Shown: positions 32,307 through 42,287 of the stretch, piece after piece | Layout of the letters: each line of letters begins with the position of its first letter | Numbering within the stretch: position 1 is the first letter of the stretch | From: an uncultured Thermoprotei archaeon | GTDB lineage: Archaea > Thermoproteota > Thermoprotei > Thermofilales > B15-G2 | Length of the DNA stretch: 64,000 nt | Assembly: GCA_965367815.1 (NCBI GenBank) | Contig: CBDUKN010000009.1 | Location: 1 to 64,000 of the forward strand | Direction: 5' to 3' | The notes under the pieces: generated by a model | What the model saw: the letters and a program-made list of their open reading frames with translations, nothing else | Told to the model about the DNA's origin: nothing | Databases searched by the model: none | Position numbers and translations under genes: made by a program

Positions 32307-32918
32307 TCACGTTAGAGGAACAAATATTTCTTCGGCTCCTTTGCCTGAAATTACTAAGAGATCTATGCCGTCTCCGCTAACAGCATCTCTTGAAATAGCT
32401 GTCTTAATAGCCTTGATAGCAATACTTTTAGCTTTTTCCGCAGTAATATTTTCGCTATACTCTGTTTCTAAGATACCAATAGCTATTTTGGCTCCAGTTC
32501 CTAATGCAGCGTACTTATCTTCTATCAGCGATCCTAAAGGATCTAAGACAAAAATATGTGGACCTGTGTCGTCTATTCCTCCAACAACTGTTTCAGCAAA
32601 GTAAGGCATTAGTCTTCTATTGAATAATATTACGGATAGAAGCTTAGCTACTCCTCTGATGCTAAGTATTTTCTTTGTTTCTAGCTCATATAGATTCACT
32701 TCCGCTGCGAGAGTTTTAGCAATCATCTGCATGTCAGCAATAAGTCCTGCACAAGCTATTCCGACTCGATCGTTTATTTTATAGACTTTCTTTCCAGCTT
32801 TACTCATAAGACTAAAACCATAAGTAACTCTTTTTTCGGCTGCAAGAACGATACCTTTATCGAAAACTAGTCCTACAACTGTTGCGCCGGGAGCATAATG
32901 ATATTCATCATAAGACAT
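32307..32918 (-). CDS. psmB: Proteasome beta subunit, probably non-catalytic (start MSYDE)
   Basis: PGATVVG, AAEKR, GLIAD, LGTG, RDAVSG. Confidence 0.92.
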   Translation of the reverse strand: MSYDEYHYAPGATVVGLVFDKGIVLAAEKRVTYGFSLMSKAGKKVYKINDRVGIACAGLIADMQMIAKTLAAEVNLYELETKKILSIRGVAKLLSVILFNRRLMPYFAETVVGGIDDTGPHIFVLDPLGSLIEDKYAALGTGAKIAIGILETEYSENITAEKAKSIAIKAIKTAISRDAVSGDGIDLLVISGKGAEEIFVPLT

Positions 32919-33015
32919 CTCTCTCACACATTGAAGAAAATACACTTGTTTAAAAAGTTACTGTAAGTATATAATAAGCTAGATTTAATAGAGTCTTCTG
33001 TAAGAATAACATGTA

Positions 33016-33984
33016 ATGGAATCATTTGAAAAATATCTTAGTTTAATGCGTGACGCTTATAAAAAGCAGGGTTATCACTTTGTGGGTGTTCAAGCAGTAG
33101 TTAAGCCCTGCCACTGGATGAAAAGATCTCTACTAACTAGAGGCGAAAAATTCTGCTACAAGCAGAAGTTCTATGGCATACCGTCTCATAGATGCCTGCA
33201 GCTTTCACCAATTATTCAGTGTAGTCAAAGATGCCTTTACTGTTGGAGAGCTCAGCCCCAAGACCTTGGGATAGACTACAACGAGCTCGACGTAAAGGTA
33301 TACGACGATCCCTATACAATAGTAGAGAATAGTGTAAAAGAATGGCAGAAAATACTTAGCGGGTACCTTGGAAACCCAAAGGTTGACCCTGTAATGCTCC
33401 AAGAAGCTATGAGACCAACGCACGCAGCTATAAGCCTAGTAGGAGAACCAACCATGTATCCTAAAATAGGCGAATTAGTAGAAGCTTTCTTCGAGTACGG
33501 ATTTAGAACAACGTTTATTGTAACTAACGGAAACTTTCCTGAAGTTATAAGTAATCTAGAAAAAGAGCCTTCACAGCTGTATGTGAGTCTCTCGGCGCCC
33601 GACGAAGAGACTTTCAGAAAAGTATGTAGACCTATGTTAAAAGATGCTTGGAAAAGAGTTCTCAAGACACTAGAACTACTAAAATCTCTTTCATGTCCAT
33701 CGGTTGTCAGAATAACACTTGTTAGAGGATTAAACATGAAAGGAATAGATAAGTATGCCAAAATACTGTCTCGCGCAGAGCCAACCTATATAGAGCCTAA
33801 GGCAGCGATGAGCCTTGGCTACTTTAGGTACAGGCTAGGTGTAGAGCCTATGCCAAGACACGAAGAAATTAGAGCTTTTGCTGAGAAGCTAGCAGAGTAC
33901 ACTGGATACAATATTATCGACGAGGCTATGGATTCTCGCATAGTTCTACTTTCTAGATTAAATAAGCCTTTAAAACTCATGTAG
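33016..33984 (+). CDS. taw1: 4-demethylwyosine synthase (radical SAM)
   Basis: KPCHW, CYKQKFYGI.SHRC, CSQRCLYCWR, ISLVGEP. Confidence 0.94.
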   Translation: MESFEKYLSLMRDAYKKQGYHFVGVQAVVKPCHWMKRSLLTRGEKFCYKQKFYGIPSHRCLQLSPIIQCSQRCLYCWRAQPQDLGIDYNELDVKVYDDPYTIVENSVKEWQKILSGYLGNPKVDPVMLQEAMRPTHAAISLVGEPTMYPKIGELVEAFFEYGFRTTFIVTNGNFPEVISNLEKEPSQLYVSLSAPDEETFRKVCRPMLKDAWKRVLKTLELLKSLSCPSVVRITLVRGLNMKGIDKYAKILSRAEPTYIEPKAAMSLGYFRYRLGVEPMPRHEEIRAFAEKLAEYTGYNIIDEAMDSRIVLLSRLNKPLKLM

Positions 33985-33994
33985 GTGATATCTC

Positions 33995-36370
33995 ATGAAA
34001 ATAAAGCTATGGATACTTGACGTGAACTACGAAATAGTAGCCGATGAACCTGAAATAAAGCTATGGGGCATAACTAGCGAAGGTAAACGAGCACTAGTTA
34101 AAATTAGAGGCTTTAGACCCTACTTCTACGCAGTTCCAAAAGAAGGAGTACCCATAGAGGACGCAATAAGATCTATTAAAGTACTTGCTACTCAATATAA
34201 GATTTTATCTGTAGAAAAAGTGAAGAGAAAATACTATGGCAGGCCCTTGGATGTGATAAAAATTACTTGCAAGCTTCCTCCTTCGGTTCCGAAACTTAGA
34301 GAAGCTGTCGCGAAATTAAAGGCTATAGAAGATGTACTGGAAGCAGATATAAGATTCTATATGCGCTACTTGATAGATAAAGATGTATATCCATGTGCAT
34401 GGCATGAAATAGAAGTAGAAAAAGACTATGATAAAAATGCTCATGTCGATGAAGTATATAGAGCAGTCTCGGACCCAGTATATTTACCTGAAGAGACACG
34501 TATACCCGACTTGCGTGTTCTGGCTTTTGACATAGAGTGCTACAACCCTAGAGGTACTCCTAAGCCCGAAAGAGACCCCGTGATAATAATCTCCGTCAAA
34601 ACAAGTGATGATGGAGAAAAAATTTTTACCGCAAATGACCATGATGATAGACTTCTTCTTAAAGAATTTATTGAATATGTAAGAAAATATGACCCCGATG
34701 TAATAGTAGGCTACAACAATAATGGATTTGATTGGCCCTACCTTTTAGACCGCTGCAAAAAACTTCACATAAAGTTAGCCGTTACAAGAGCTGATGGCCA
34801 ACCTGCACAAAGTGTTTATGGACACTTCTCTGTAGTTGGTAGAGCTAATGTAGACCTCTACGACTTCGCAAAAGACATGCCTGAAGTGAAAGTAAAAACC
34901 CTAGAAAACGTAGCTGACTACCTTGGAGTAATGAGGAAGAGCGAACGAGTCCTTATTGAAGGAAGCGAGCTGTACAAATACTGGGACGATCCCTCTAAAA
35001 GAAAAACGCTAATCGAGTATGCCCGCGACGACGTAGAGAGCATATATGGTTTAAGCGAAAAAATACTTCCTTTTGCAGTACAGTTATCAAACATCGTAGG
35101 ACTTCCACTAGATCAAGTAGGAGCGGCCTCAGTAGGTTTTCGAGTAGAATGGTACCTAATGAGACAAGCATATAAACTAGGAGAACTCATACCAAATAGA
35201 GTCGAGAGACCATACTCCTCGTACAAAGGAGCAATAGTACTCAAACCAAAGCCAGGATTACATAAAAACATAGTTGTATTAGACTTCTCTGCAATGTACC
35301 CAAGCATAATGATTTCTAAGAACATCTCGCCTGATACTTATGTCCCGCCCTACGAAGAAGTTTCTCCTGACGAAGTTTACGTAGCTCCTGAAGTTGGGCA
35401 CAGATTTAGAAAACATCCACCAGGCTTCTATAAAGTAGTTTTAGAGCGCCTACTCAAAGTAAGGAAAGAGATACGAGAAGCAATGAAAAAACTAGATCCA
35501 TCTAGCTACGAGTACCGTGTTTTATATGAGAGACAGAGAGCAATTAAAGTCATAGCTAACGCTACTTACGGATATTGTGGCTGGGTTGGAGCAAGATGGT
35601 ATAAACGGGAAGTCGCTGAAGCAACTACTGCCTGGGGAAGAGAACTCATAAAGAAAACAATAGAGCTTGCGAAAAGCCTAGGGCTTGACGTAATATACGG
35701 CGACACAGACAGCATTTTCGTACAGTATGATAAAGATAAAGTTGAAAAACTGTGCAGATTAATTCAAGAAAAGTTTGGACTTGAAGTAAAACCAGATAAA
35801 ATTTATATAAAAGTATTCTTTACAGAAGCAAAGAAGAGATACTGTGGTTTACTACCTGACGGTAGAATAGATGTAGTCGGTCTAGAAGCTATTAGAGGAG
35901 ACTGGTCTGAATTAGCAAAGGAGGTTCAAGAAAAAGTAATAGAAATAATACTCAAAGAAGGAGACCCCTATAAGGCTGTAAAGTATGTTTCAAATGTAAT
36001 TTCAGATTTAAGAAACGGTAAAATACCATTATCGAAACTAATTATCTGGAAGAGTGTCACTAAAGATTTAGATAAGTACGAAGTCAGAGCTGCTCATGTA
36101 GCAGCAGCTAAAAGACTTCTAGAGGCAGGCTATAGGCTTGAAATAGGAGACAAAATAGGATACGTAATAGTCAAGAAACCCGGAGACAAACTGGCAGATA
36201 AAGCAATGCCCTACATACTTGTAAAAGATATCAGCGAAATAGATACAGAATACTATGTTAGAAAACAGGTAATTCCTGCAGCTTTAAGAATACTAGAATA
36301 TTTCGGTATTAAAGAAGCACAGCTTGAAGGAGCAACCTATCAAAAAAGCCTATTAGACTTTTTCGCCTAA
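33995..36370 (+). CDS. polB: Family B DNA polymerase (PolB3 type)
   Basis: FDIE, FDWPY, DFSAMYPS, KVIANATYGY, YGDTDS, C-terminal PIP box QKSLLDFF. Confidence 0.97.
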   Translation: MKIKLWILDVNYEIVADEPEIKLWGITSEGKRALVKIRGFRPYFYAVPKEGVPIEDAIRSIKVLATQYKILSVEKVKRKYYGRPLDVIKITCKLPPSVPKLREAVAKLKAIEDVLEADIRFYMRYLIDKDVYPCAWHEIEVEKDYDKNAHVDEVYRAVSDPVYLPEETRIPDLRVLAFDIECYNPRGTPKPERDPVIIISVKTSDDGEKIFTANDHDDRLLLKEFIEYVRKYDPDVIVGYNNNGFDWPYLLDRCKKLHIKLAVTRADGQPAQSVYGHFSVVGRANVDLYDFAKDMPEVKVKTLENVADYLGVMRKSERVLIEGSELYKYWDDPSKRKTLIEYARDDVESIYGLSEKILPFAVQLSNIVGLPLDQVGAASVGFRVEWYLMRQAYKLGELIPNRVERPYSSYKGAIVLKPKPGLHKNIVVLDFSAMYPSIMISKNISPDTYVPPYEEVSPDEVYVAPEVGHRFRKHPPGFYKVVLERLLKVRKEIREAMKKLDPSSYEYRVLYERQRAIKVIANATYGYCGWVGARWYKREVAEATTAWGRELIKKTIELAKSLGLDVIYGDTDSIFVQYDKDKVEKLCRLIQEKFGLEVKPDKIYIKVFFTEAKKRYCGLLPDGRIDVVGLEAIRGDWSELAKEVQEKVIEIILKEGDPYKAVKYVSNVISDLRNGKIPLSKLIIWKSVTKDLDKYEVRAAHVAAAKRLLEAGYRLEIGDKIGYVIVKKPGDKLADKAMPYILVKDISEIDTEYYVRKQVIPAALRILEYFGIKEAQLEGATYQKSLLDFFA

Positions 36371-37564
36371 TTCACTAAATGTACTTATTACTAAGTCTAC
36401 GGGTTTACGAACGACATTACCTACTCTAGCTCCAATAATTATTTTAATACCCTTCTCTTGAGCAATATCTACTACTCTCTGAGTTACAATACCATCAAAG
36501 ACCACTGCATATACGTTGTCTACGCTCTGAAGAGTTGTAACCAGGTCTCTCACAGCTACTCTCTGTATTTCTTGCCAGTTTTTATCAAACAGTATTCCCT
36601 CAAGAGTACCAAGAAGTTCTTCGACAAGACTTTTTACTTTATCTGGAATAACTACCTCTGGTCTAGGAGACGGAGGAGCTTCTTTGACAATTCTTTCAGG
36701 ACCTTTCCCTTCTTTACTTCTTCTAGTTTTTTCAATAGTTTCCATGTACTCCTCTACGGTCATTTTATTTTTTAGACACTTAGCTATCTCTTTAGCTGTT
36801 AACTCTTCTACCTCTTTTCCAGGAGGAGCTCTGGCAATGTAGTCTACGTCAACCTGACTTAGGAGAGCTTTGAGTATCAGGTCGCCTCCTCTATCTCCGT
36901 CAACAAACGCTATTACTGTCTTCTTTTTACTTAGATCTACTATAGTTTTAGGTATTGTGGCTCCCTCGAGCGCAATAACGTTGCGGTAACCGTGTCTAAC
37001 TAAGTTGACTACATCAGCTCTTCCTTCTACAACTATAATCGTATCAGATTTATCGACATCAGGTCCTGCTGGAAGATTCTCTGGACCATACTTTATTACC
37101 TCAGAACTTCTGACCGCTTTAATTACTTCCTCGGCTATTTCTCTGCTCTCAGGTATACTCTCTTCCCACTTCCTTAGAATCTCTATGGCTCTTTCAATAA
37201 TCTTCTTTCTCTTCTCTTCTCTGAGATCAACTATTCTCGAAAGCTTTATTCGAGCATTATAGGGTCCTATTTTATCAACACTCTCTATCATCGCCGCAAT
37301 AATAGCTGTTTCAACGCGGTCCAAATTCGATGGAATTGTTATTTTGCCGCGAGTTTTTCCGTCGACAGTCTCAAGTGATACTTCAATACGCCCTAGTCTG
37401 CCTAATCTCTGCAGTTCGCGTAGATTAAAGCCATTCCCTAAGAGTCCCTCTGTCTGGCCGAAAATGGCACCTATGACGTCGGGTTTTTCTACAACGCCAT
37501 CTATCTCAAACTCAGCTTCTATAACGTATTTAGCAGTAACAGCCAGTCCACCCATCAGCATCAC
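36353..37564 (-). CDS. dnaG: Archaeal DnaG (exosome-associated TOPRIM protein)
   Basis: GAIFGQTEGLLG, VVEGRADV, DGDRGG. Confidence 0.96.
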   Translation of the reverse strand: MMLMGGLAVTAKYVIEAEFEIDGVVEKPDVIGAIFGQTEGLLGNGFNLRELQRLGRLGRIEVSLETVDGKTRGKITIPSNLDRVETAIIAAMIESVDKIGPYNARIKLSRIVDLREEKRKKIIERAIEILRKWEESIPESREIAEEVIKAVRSSEVIKYGPENLPAGPDVDKSDTIIVVEGRADVVNLVRHGYRNVIALEGATIPKTIVDLSKKKTVIAFVDGDRGGDLILKALLSQVDVDYIARAPPGKEVEELTAKEIAKCLKNKMTVEEYMETIEKTRRSKEGKGPERIVKEAPPSPRPEVVIPDKVKSLVEELLGTLEGILFDKNWQEIQRVAVRDLVTTLQSVDNVYAVVFDGIVTQRVVDIAQEKGIKIIIGARVGNVVRKPVDLVISTFSELGEKV

Positions 37565-37665
37565 CTGTTACTGAGATATTTCAAGCCTAGCTCCTCTTAA
37601 ATATTTTATCTACGATGCATAGCTTCATATAACCCTCCATTACGCGCGAAAATAAAGGTAAGCCG

Positions 37666-37764
37666 GCGGGGGATGTATTCCCACCGTTACACCCGTCTTC
37701 ATCACTAGGCGGTACAACGCCTTTAGCTCAACGGGCTCTCTTGCGGTGGGAAATAATCCCCCGC
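37666..37764 (-). ncRNA. Candidate H/ACA guide sRNA with K-turn
   Basis: Minus strand: CCCACCG/CGGTGGG lower stem, pocket, CCCGT/ACGGG upper stem, TTGA..GTGATGA K-turn, ACA 15 nt from the upper stem; TTTAAATA about 27 nt upstream. Confidence 0.65.
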
Positions 37765-38489
37765 TACATTCATAAACATAGCGAAAGGAATATTTAAACT
37801 ATTCATATTAAATAAACATAGCGAACCCTCTTCCTGCTCGGGCGCAAAACGCTCCTTCATCGCGACCTAAGAGTCAGGTGGATTACCCTTATGGGGCTAG
37901 TGAAATGTCTCCCTATCGGATAAAAATTTTATTTTAGTTTATTTAAAGACTTTTTCTCAACCATTTCTGCTCTTTAATTAAGTACATGTATGTCTTAGGA
38001 TAATTAAGCAATCTTTCAATATTGCCCGTCCAAAGAAACACTACCGCTAACCTTCATTATATTATACGCTGCTGCCAGACCAATGTTAAACTGTCCCATT
38101 TCTCACACTACCAGTCCCCTATAAGGACGCTGAATCCGCCGACCACACAGTGGACAATAAGAAGAACCACACAGGATGCTCGAAGCCCTATTGTCTCCGA
38201 ACCAAACCCCCTCAAGAGGGATGTTAGCCTCGGAGACAATAGAGCCCTTCTCCACTTCTCCTTATGTGTAACCAATATACTTTTGAAGAGTATTTTGCCT
38301 CTATGTAATGACTTTTCTCATTAAATTAAAACCATTCGCTAGACACCATTTTAGACAAGCATTAGATGTCTATTTAATCAAGTAATAACTTATTAACTGA
38401 GAAACAGATACTTTAGAAAAACATGTCTATAGATAGAAAGAAGACAAACATAGAAAAATATTTTTGCCCTAACAAAACTATCAATTATG

Positions 38490-38557
38490 GCGGAGGGAGG
38501 TCGCCGCCCGAGTGGCCGTAGGCTACAATGACCGGCGGTATACCCGCCTCCGCTACA
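38490..38557 (+). ncRNA. Candidate H/ACA guide sRNA
   Basis: GCGGAGG/CCTCCGC stem, GTCGCCG/CGGCGGT upper stem, CCGA..CAATGA K-turn-like pair, terminal ACA. Confidence 0.5.
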
Positions 38558-38691
38558 CATCAAGTTATAGGCTCGCGACCTCTACAACAATATCCGCCGC
38601 AGACCTTCTTCATAAAAGCACTGTTCATATCTAGCGAATCGCCGCAGTGGTTACATGGTATTACATTCATCTCTGTGAACTAAATATTTAC

Positions 38692-39162
38692 TTAGAAATC
38701 TGTCCGTAAAAACATTACATAGCATCCTTCGCCATCCTGATAGTAATTTGGCCTGAAAAAGCTATATCGAAAACCGAGACTCCTATATAGCCTTATAGCA
38801 GGAACATTGCTTGCTCTAACTTCAAGTCTAAATACCTTAATTTCTTTCTCCCTCTTTATTCTCTCAATAGCCTCTTTTAATAATAATCTGCCTAAGCCAC
38901 GTCCTCTGTACTTTGGGTCAATAGCCAAAGACAGTATGTGACCCAGATTTCCCCACCTAATAAGAACTATTATGTACCCTACTACTCTTCCATTAACTTC
39001 AATAACAAAAGATGTGTCACCAGCTAGAAATAAGTAATATGACAAAAGGCTCTTAGGATAAGCATCTCTTGGAAAACACTTTAACTCAATTTCATATATT
39101 CTGTCTAGATCTTTTTTATCAACTTTACGAATACAGTAATTCACGAAGTACATGTGCGGCAA
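38692..39162 (-). CDS. rimI: RimI/Ard1-like GNAT N-acetyltransferase
   Basis: HILSLAI, RGRGLG, LEVRASN..AI.LY...GF, YYQDGE. Confidence 0.9.
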   Translation of the reverse strand: MPHMYFVNYCIRKVDKKDLDRIYEIELKCFPRDAYPKSLLSYYLFLAGDTSFVIEVNGRVVGYIIVLIRWGNLGHILSLAIDPKYRGRGLGRLLLKEAIERIKREKEIKVFRLEVRASNVPAIRLYRSLGFRYSFFRPNYYQDGEGCYVMFLRTDF

Positions 39163-39217
39163 TACCTTTAAATATATTCACTTCATTCAACACGGTAGAA
39201 AGTAAAAAGGTGATAGT

Positions 39218-39475
39218 ATGGCCTACGAGAATATTTTTGCTCAAGTAACATTAATTCTAAAAAGAGTAAGCGAAGATCCTGGAGTTCCAAGAAACATTAG
39301 AAGAGCCGCAAACGAAGCTGCAAAAACAATTCAAAGAAAAGACCTAACTCCTGGACTAAAGGCGGCAAACGCAATAAGTATTTTAGAAGAAGCTGCACAG
39401 GACCCCAACATACCACTATTTGCTAGAACAGCCCTGTGGCAAGCAATTTCTTTACTAGAACAAGTCAAAGACTAA
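39218..39475 (+). CDS. UPF0147 family protein
   Basis: D.GVPRNIRRAA, DPNIP..ART.LW..IS.LE. Confidence 0.9.
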   Translation: MAYENIFAQVTLILKRVSEDPGVPRNIRRAANEAAKTIQRKDLTPGLKAANAISILEEAAQDPNIPLFARTALWQAISLLEQVKD

Positions 39476-39592
39476 GCCAAAATAAACTTGGTAAATAGGT
39501 TATTTTAAATACTATTTTTATCTAAATCTAATCCTAGGTTAAAATAAACTAATAAAGAAAATTTATATACGAGACCATAAATGTGTTTTCTT

Positions 39593-39680
39593 GCGGGGGT
39601 GCCCGAGCCAGGTCAAAGGGGCAGGGCTTAGGACCCTGTGGCGTAGGCCTGCGTGGGTTCAAATCCCACCCCCCGCACCA
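39593..39680 (+). tRNA. tRNA-Leu(TAG), CCA encoded
   Basis: CAGGG-CT-TAG-GA-CCCTG, long variable arm, TTTATATA upstream. Confidence 0.96.
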
Positions 39681-40046
39681 CTCCTTTTAACTTATAGAAC
39701 ACTATACACCTTCTTGTCCAATTTACACAGCTACATATCATGGAACAATCATTCAATAGCATATACATAAAATAAAATATTAGACTGCAAGAAAGATAAA
39801 TTAAATGGAGCCCTTCTCTATTCACTTCATTAAAGCTCGATATTTCTCAAAGAACTTTTAAACTAAAATCTCTCTCCATGCCAGTTTCCTAGATGCTTAT
39901 AAAACTTAGATACCTTAGTCTCGAAGAACATGTTTTAAAGCTTCTTAAAGTAAAGCTAAGCCTAAGATTATGTTTTTCTAAATCTGCTACAAGCTTTATA
40001 GGCACAAAATATTTTAGTCTAAATTAAATGCCCTCAAGAAAAATAG

Positions 40047-40143
40047 CGCCCCGGCCGGGATTTGAACCCGGGTTCTGGCGGGATCTACGAGGCCACAGCC
40101 TCTTGACAGCCGCCCATACTAGACCGGGCTATACGACCGGGGC
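40047..40143 (-). tRNA. tRNA-Asp(GTC) with intron at 37/38
   Basis: GGCGG-CT-GTC-A, ~21-nt hairpin insert, CCGCC; G discriminator. Confidence 0.9.
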
Positions 40144-40282
40144 GAGAATATTCTAAGAGCCTCCCTTAATTAAATTTTTCTCTGTGAGCCATGTTCACTG
40201 CTGTAGCGTTTACTATAGATCTATTGTCCTAATATTCTCAGAGAAAGCTGTTTCGTAGGTTTAAAGATTTAAAACATCAAAG

Positions 40283-40355
40283 TGGGCCCGCCGGGACTCG
40301 AACCCGGGACCTCCCGCGCGTCAGGCGGGCGTCATAGCCGCTAGACCACGGGCCC
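40283..40355 (-). tRNA. tRNA-Val(GAC)
   Basis: CCCGC-CT-GAC-GC-GCGGG cloverleaf. Confidence 0.96.
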
Positions 40356-40554
40356 ATTTAGTAGTTTACAGGGCAGAAAATATTTTTTTCTACACTGAGA
40401 CCCTCTCCCAGACCTATGCAGACACTAAGCTCGCTACAAAAGAGTGTGAACAAGTGTCACTTCGCCTTATATATCCCTTGTCTACTGCTACTCCAGGTGC
40501 TATCAGCTAGCGATTTTTCGATAAAAATTTATCTACGCTAAGTACTATTTATGT

Positions 40555-40672
40555 GGGCCCGTAGCTCAGCCAGGACTAGAGCGTCGGCCTTCGGTTCTGT
40601 GTAGAAGACAGCCGATGGTCCCGGGTTCAAAACCCGAGGCTAAGATCCCGGGTGAAAGTCCCGGCGGGCCCG
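40555..40672 (+). tRNA. tRNA-Arg(TCG) with two introns (37/38 and T loop ~59/60)
   Basis: TCGGC-CT-TCG-G[~15 nt]AGCCGA and GTTCAAA[~27 nt]TCCCGG; removing both gives a standard cloverleaf. Confidence 0.88.
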
Positions 40673-40720
40673 CTTCAAATAGTAAAGTTTTTAAGTACAT
40701 TTTGGTAAGGGGTTCTGCTT

Positions 40721-40915
40721 ATGCCGAGAGAGATTTTCGATAAGGAGAAGTTTTTAGAGCTAGCCAAATATGCGAGAGAGTGCAGAGTAAAGAAGCTTGG
40801 CGACGTAGTCAAACTAAAGCTACGTTTAAAGAGATACTTGTACACTTACAAAACTACTTCTGAGGAGGCAGAAGAGCTCCTTAAGCAAATTCAGTGCCCT
40901 ATTAGAGAAGTTTAG
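40721..40915 (+). CDS. rpl38e: 50S ribosomal protein L38e
   Basis: MPREI...FLELA, VKLKLR..RYLYT. Confidence 0.9.
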   Translation: MPREIFDKEKFLELAKYARECRVKKLGDVVKLKLRLKRYLYTYKTTSEEAEELLKQIQCPIREV

Positions 40916-40947
40916 CTCTTCGCAATATAGATGTAGTTACGATGTAA

Positions 40948-42219
40948 TTACCCTAGCGCTATTGTTTCACCATTTCTCGGGATTTTTGCATCAAAGGAAT
41001 ATCTGTCGAGTATTTGAGGAAGCGACTCTTTTACTGCTCTATAGTCTCCGTGGACAAATATACATGTTTCCTTAGGTTTAATTCTATCTAATAGCTCAAA
41101 TAACTGTTTTCTTCCTGCATGTGAAGAGAAATCGAGCCACTCGATTCTAGCTTTTACTTTACTGTTTACTTCAGGTAGTAGCCCTGTTTCAAGTAGAGCT
41201 CTTCCAGGAGTGTAGGGTGCTTGAAAACTCACAAAGACTATCGCACTTCTAGGATCTTTTGCTATTTTCTTTGCGTAGTAGAGCGAAGGACCTCCTTTAA
41301 GCATTCCAGCGGGAGAAACTATTATTGAGGGTACTTCTAAGGCTTTCTTTCTGTCACTCCAATCTCTCACTATAAATACTTTCTCTAGTGCTCTTTCTAG
41401 CAGATAAGGGTCTCTTAAATAACCTGAATACTTGAGCAGTATTTCTATTACTGCTCTCGCCATACCGTCAATAAATATTGGATAGTCTATTCCGTGCTTT
41501 TCTAAGACTAAAAGCACTTCCTGAGACCTTCCTACGGAAAACGAAGGTATTAGTACTTTTCCTCCATTCTCCAACACTTCTTCAAGTATTTCTATGAGCA
41601 TTTTTTCGCAGTAATCTCTTTCCGGGTGTTCATAAGATATGTACGTCGACTCTGTGATCAGTACATCTATGTCGCCTACGCCGCTTAAATCTGCTCCTTT
41701 AAGGAGAGCCGTAGTTGAAGGATTTATGTCTCCTGTATAAAGGATTTTTGTCCCAGATATGTTTAATATGAAGAAACTGCTTCCGGGTATGTGTCCAGCA
41801 TCTTTAATTTCTATTACATGGTCCTTGTCTAAGCTGACTATATCTCCGTAATCTAAAGGATTAAAGCATCTAAGCATTGCTTGAAGTTCTTGGTGCTCGT
41901 AGGGAACATAGTAGCCGGAAATTTTCAGAAAGTCCCTTATGAGCAGTTCACTTAGCTCTAGAGTTAGGCTTGTCGTGTATAGAGGTATTTTAGCATTTAT
42001 GTATAGTAGAGGAAGAGCTCCAGAATGGTCTAAGTGGGCGTGCGAGAGAAATACTGCGTTTAAGTCCTTTGGACGTACATGAAGAGGAAAGAGAGGCTTA
42101 TCCTCTTCGAATATTACGCCGTAGTCTAAGAGTATTTTCTTTTCACCGCTATCGATTAGTATAGCGCTTCTCCCTACTTCTCTACCTCCTCCTAATATTG
42201 TTACAGATATTTTGCTCAT
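40948..42219 (-). CDS. Beta-CASP metallo-beta-lactamase ribonuclease (aCPSF2-like)
   Basis: GGGREVGRS, HAHLDH, AGHIPGS, ESTY, FSSHA, VHGD. Confidence 0.92.
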   Translation of the reverse strand: MSKISVTILGGGREVGRSAILIDSGEKKILLDYGVIFEEDKPLFPLHVRPKDLNAVFLSHAHLDHSGALPLLYINAKIPLYTTSLTLELSELLIRDFLKISGYYVPYEHQELQAMLRCFNPLDYGDIVSLDKDHVIEIKDAGHIPGSSFFILNISGTKILYTGDINPSTTALLKGADLSGVGDIDVLITESTYISYEHPERDYCEKMLIEILEEVLENGGKVLIPSFSVGRSQEVLLVLEKHGIDYPIFIDGMARAVIEILLKYSGYLRDPYLLERALEKVFIVRDWSDRKKALEVPSIIVSPAGMLKGGPSLYYAKKIAKDPRSAIVFVSFQAPYTPGRALLETGLLPEVNSKVKARIEWLDFSSHAGRKQLFELLDRIKPKETCIFVHGDYRAVKESLPQILDRYSFDAKIPRNGETIALG

Positions 42220-42287
42220 CTCAGCTCCCTTCCCTGTCCCTTGTTAAAGGCTACTTGCTTAAAACTCTTTTTTTACTTCAGTTAAGT

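Noticed and set aside
38022-38324. 100-aa ORF in the dnaG-rimI gap
   Set aside because: TTG start, no recognisable motifs, and it overlaps a strong hairpin; more likely non-coding.
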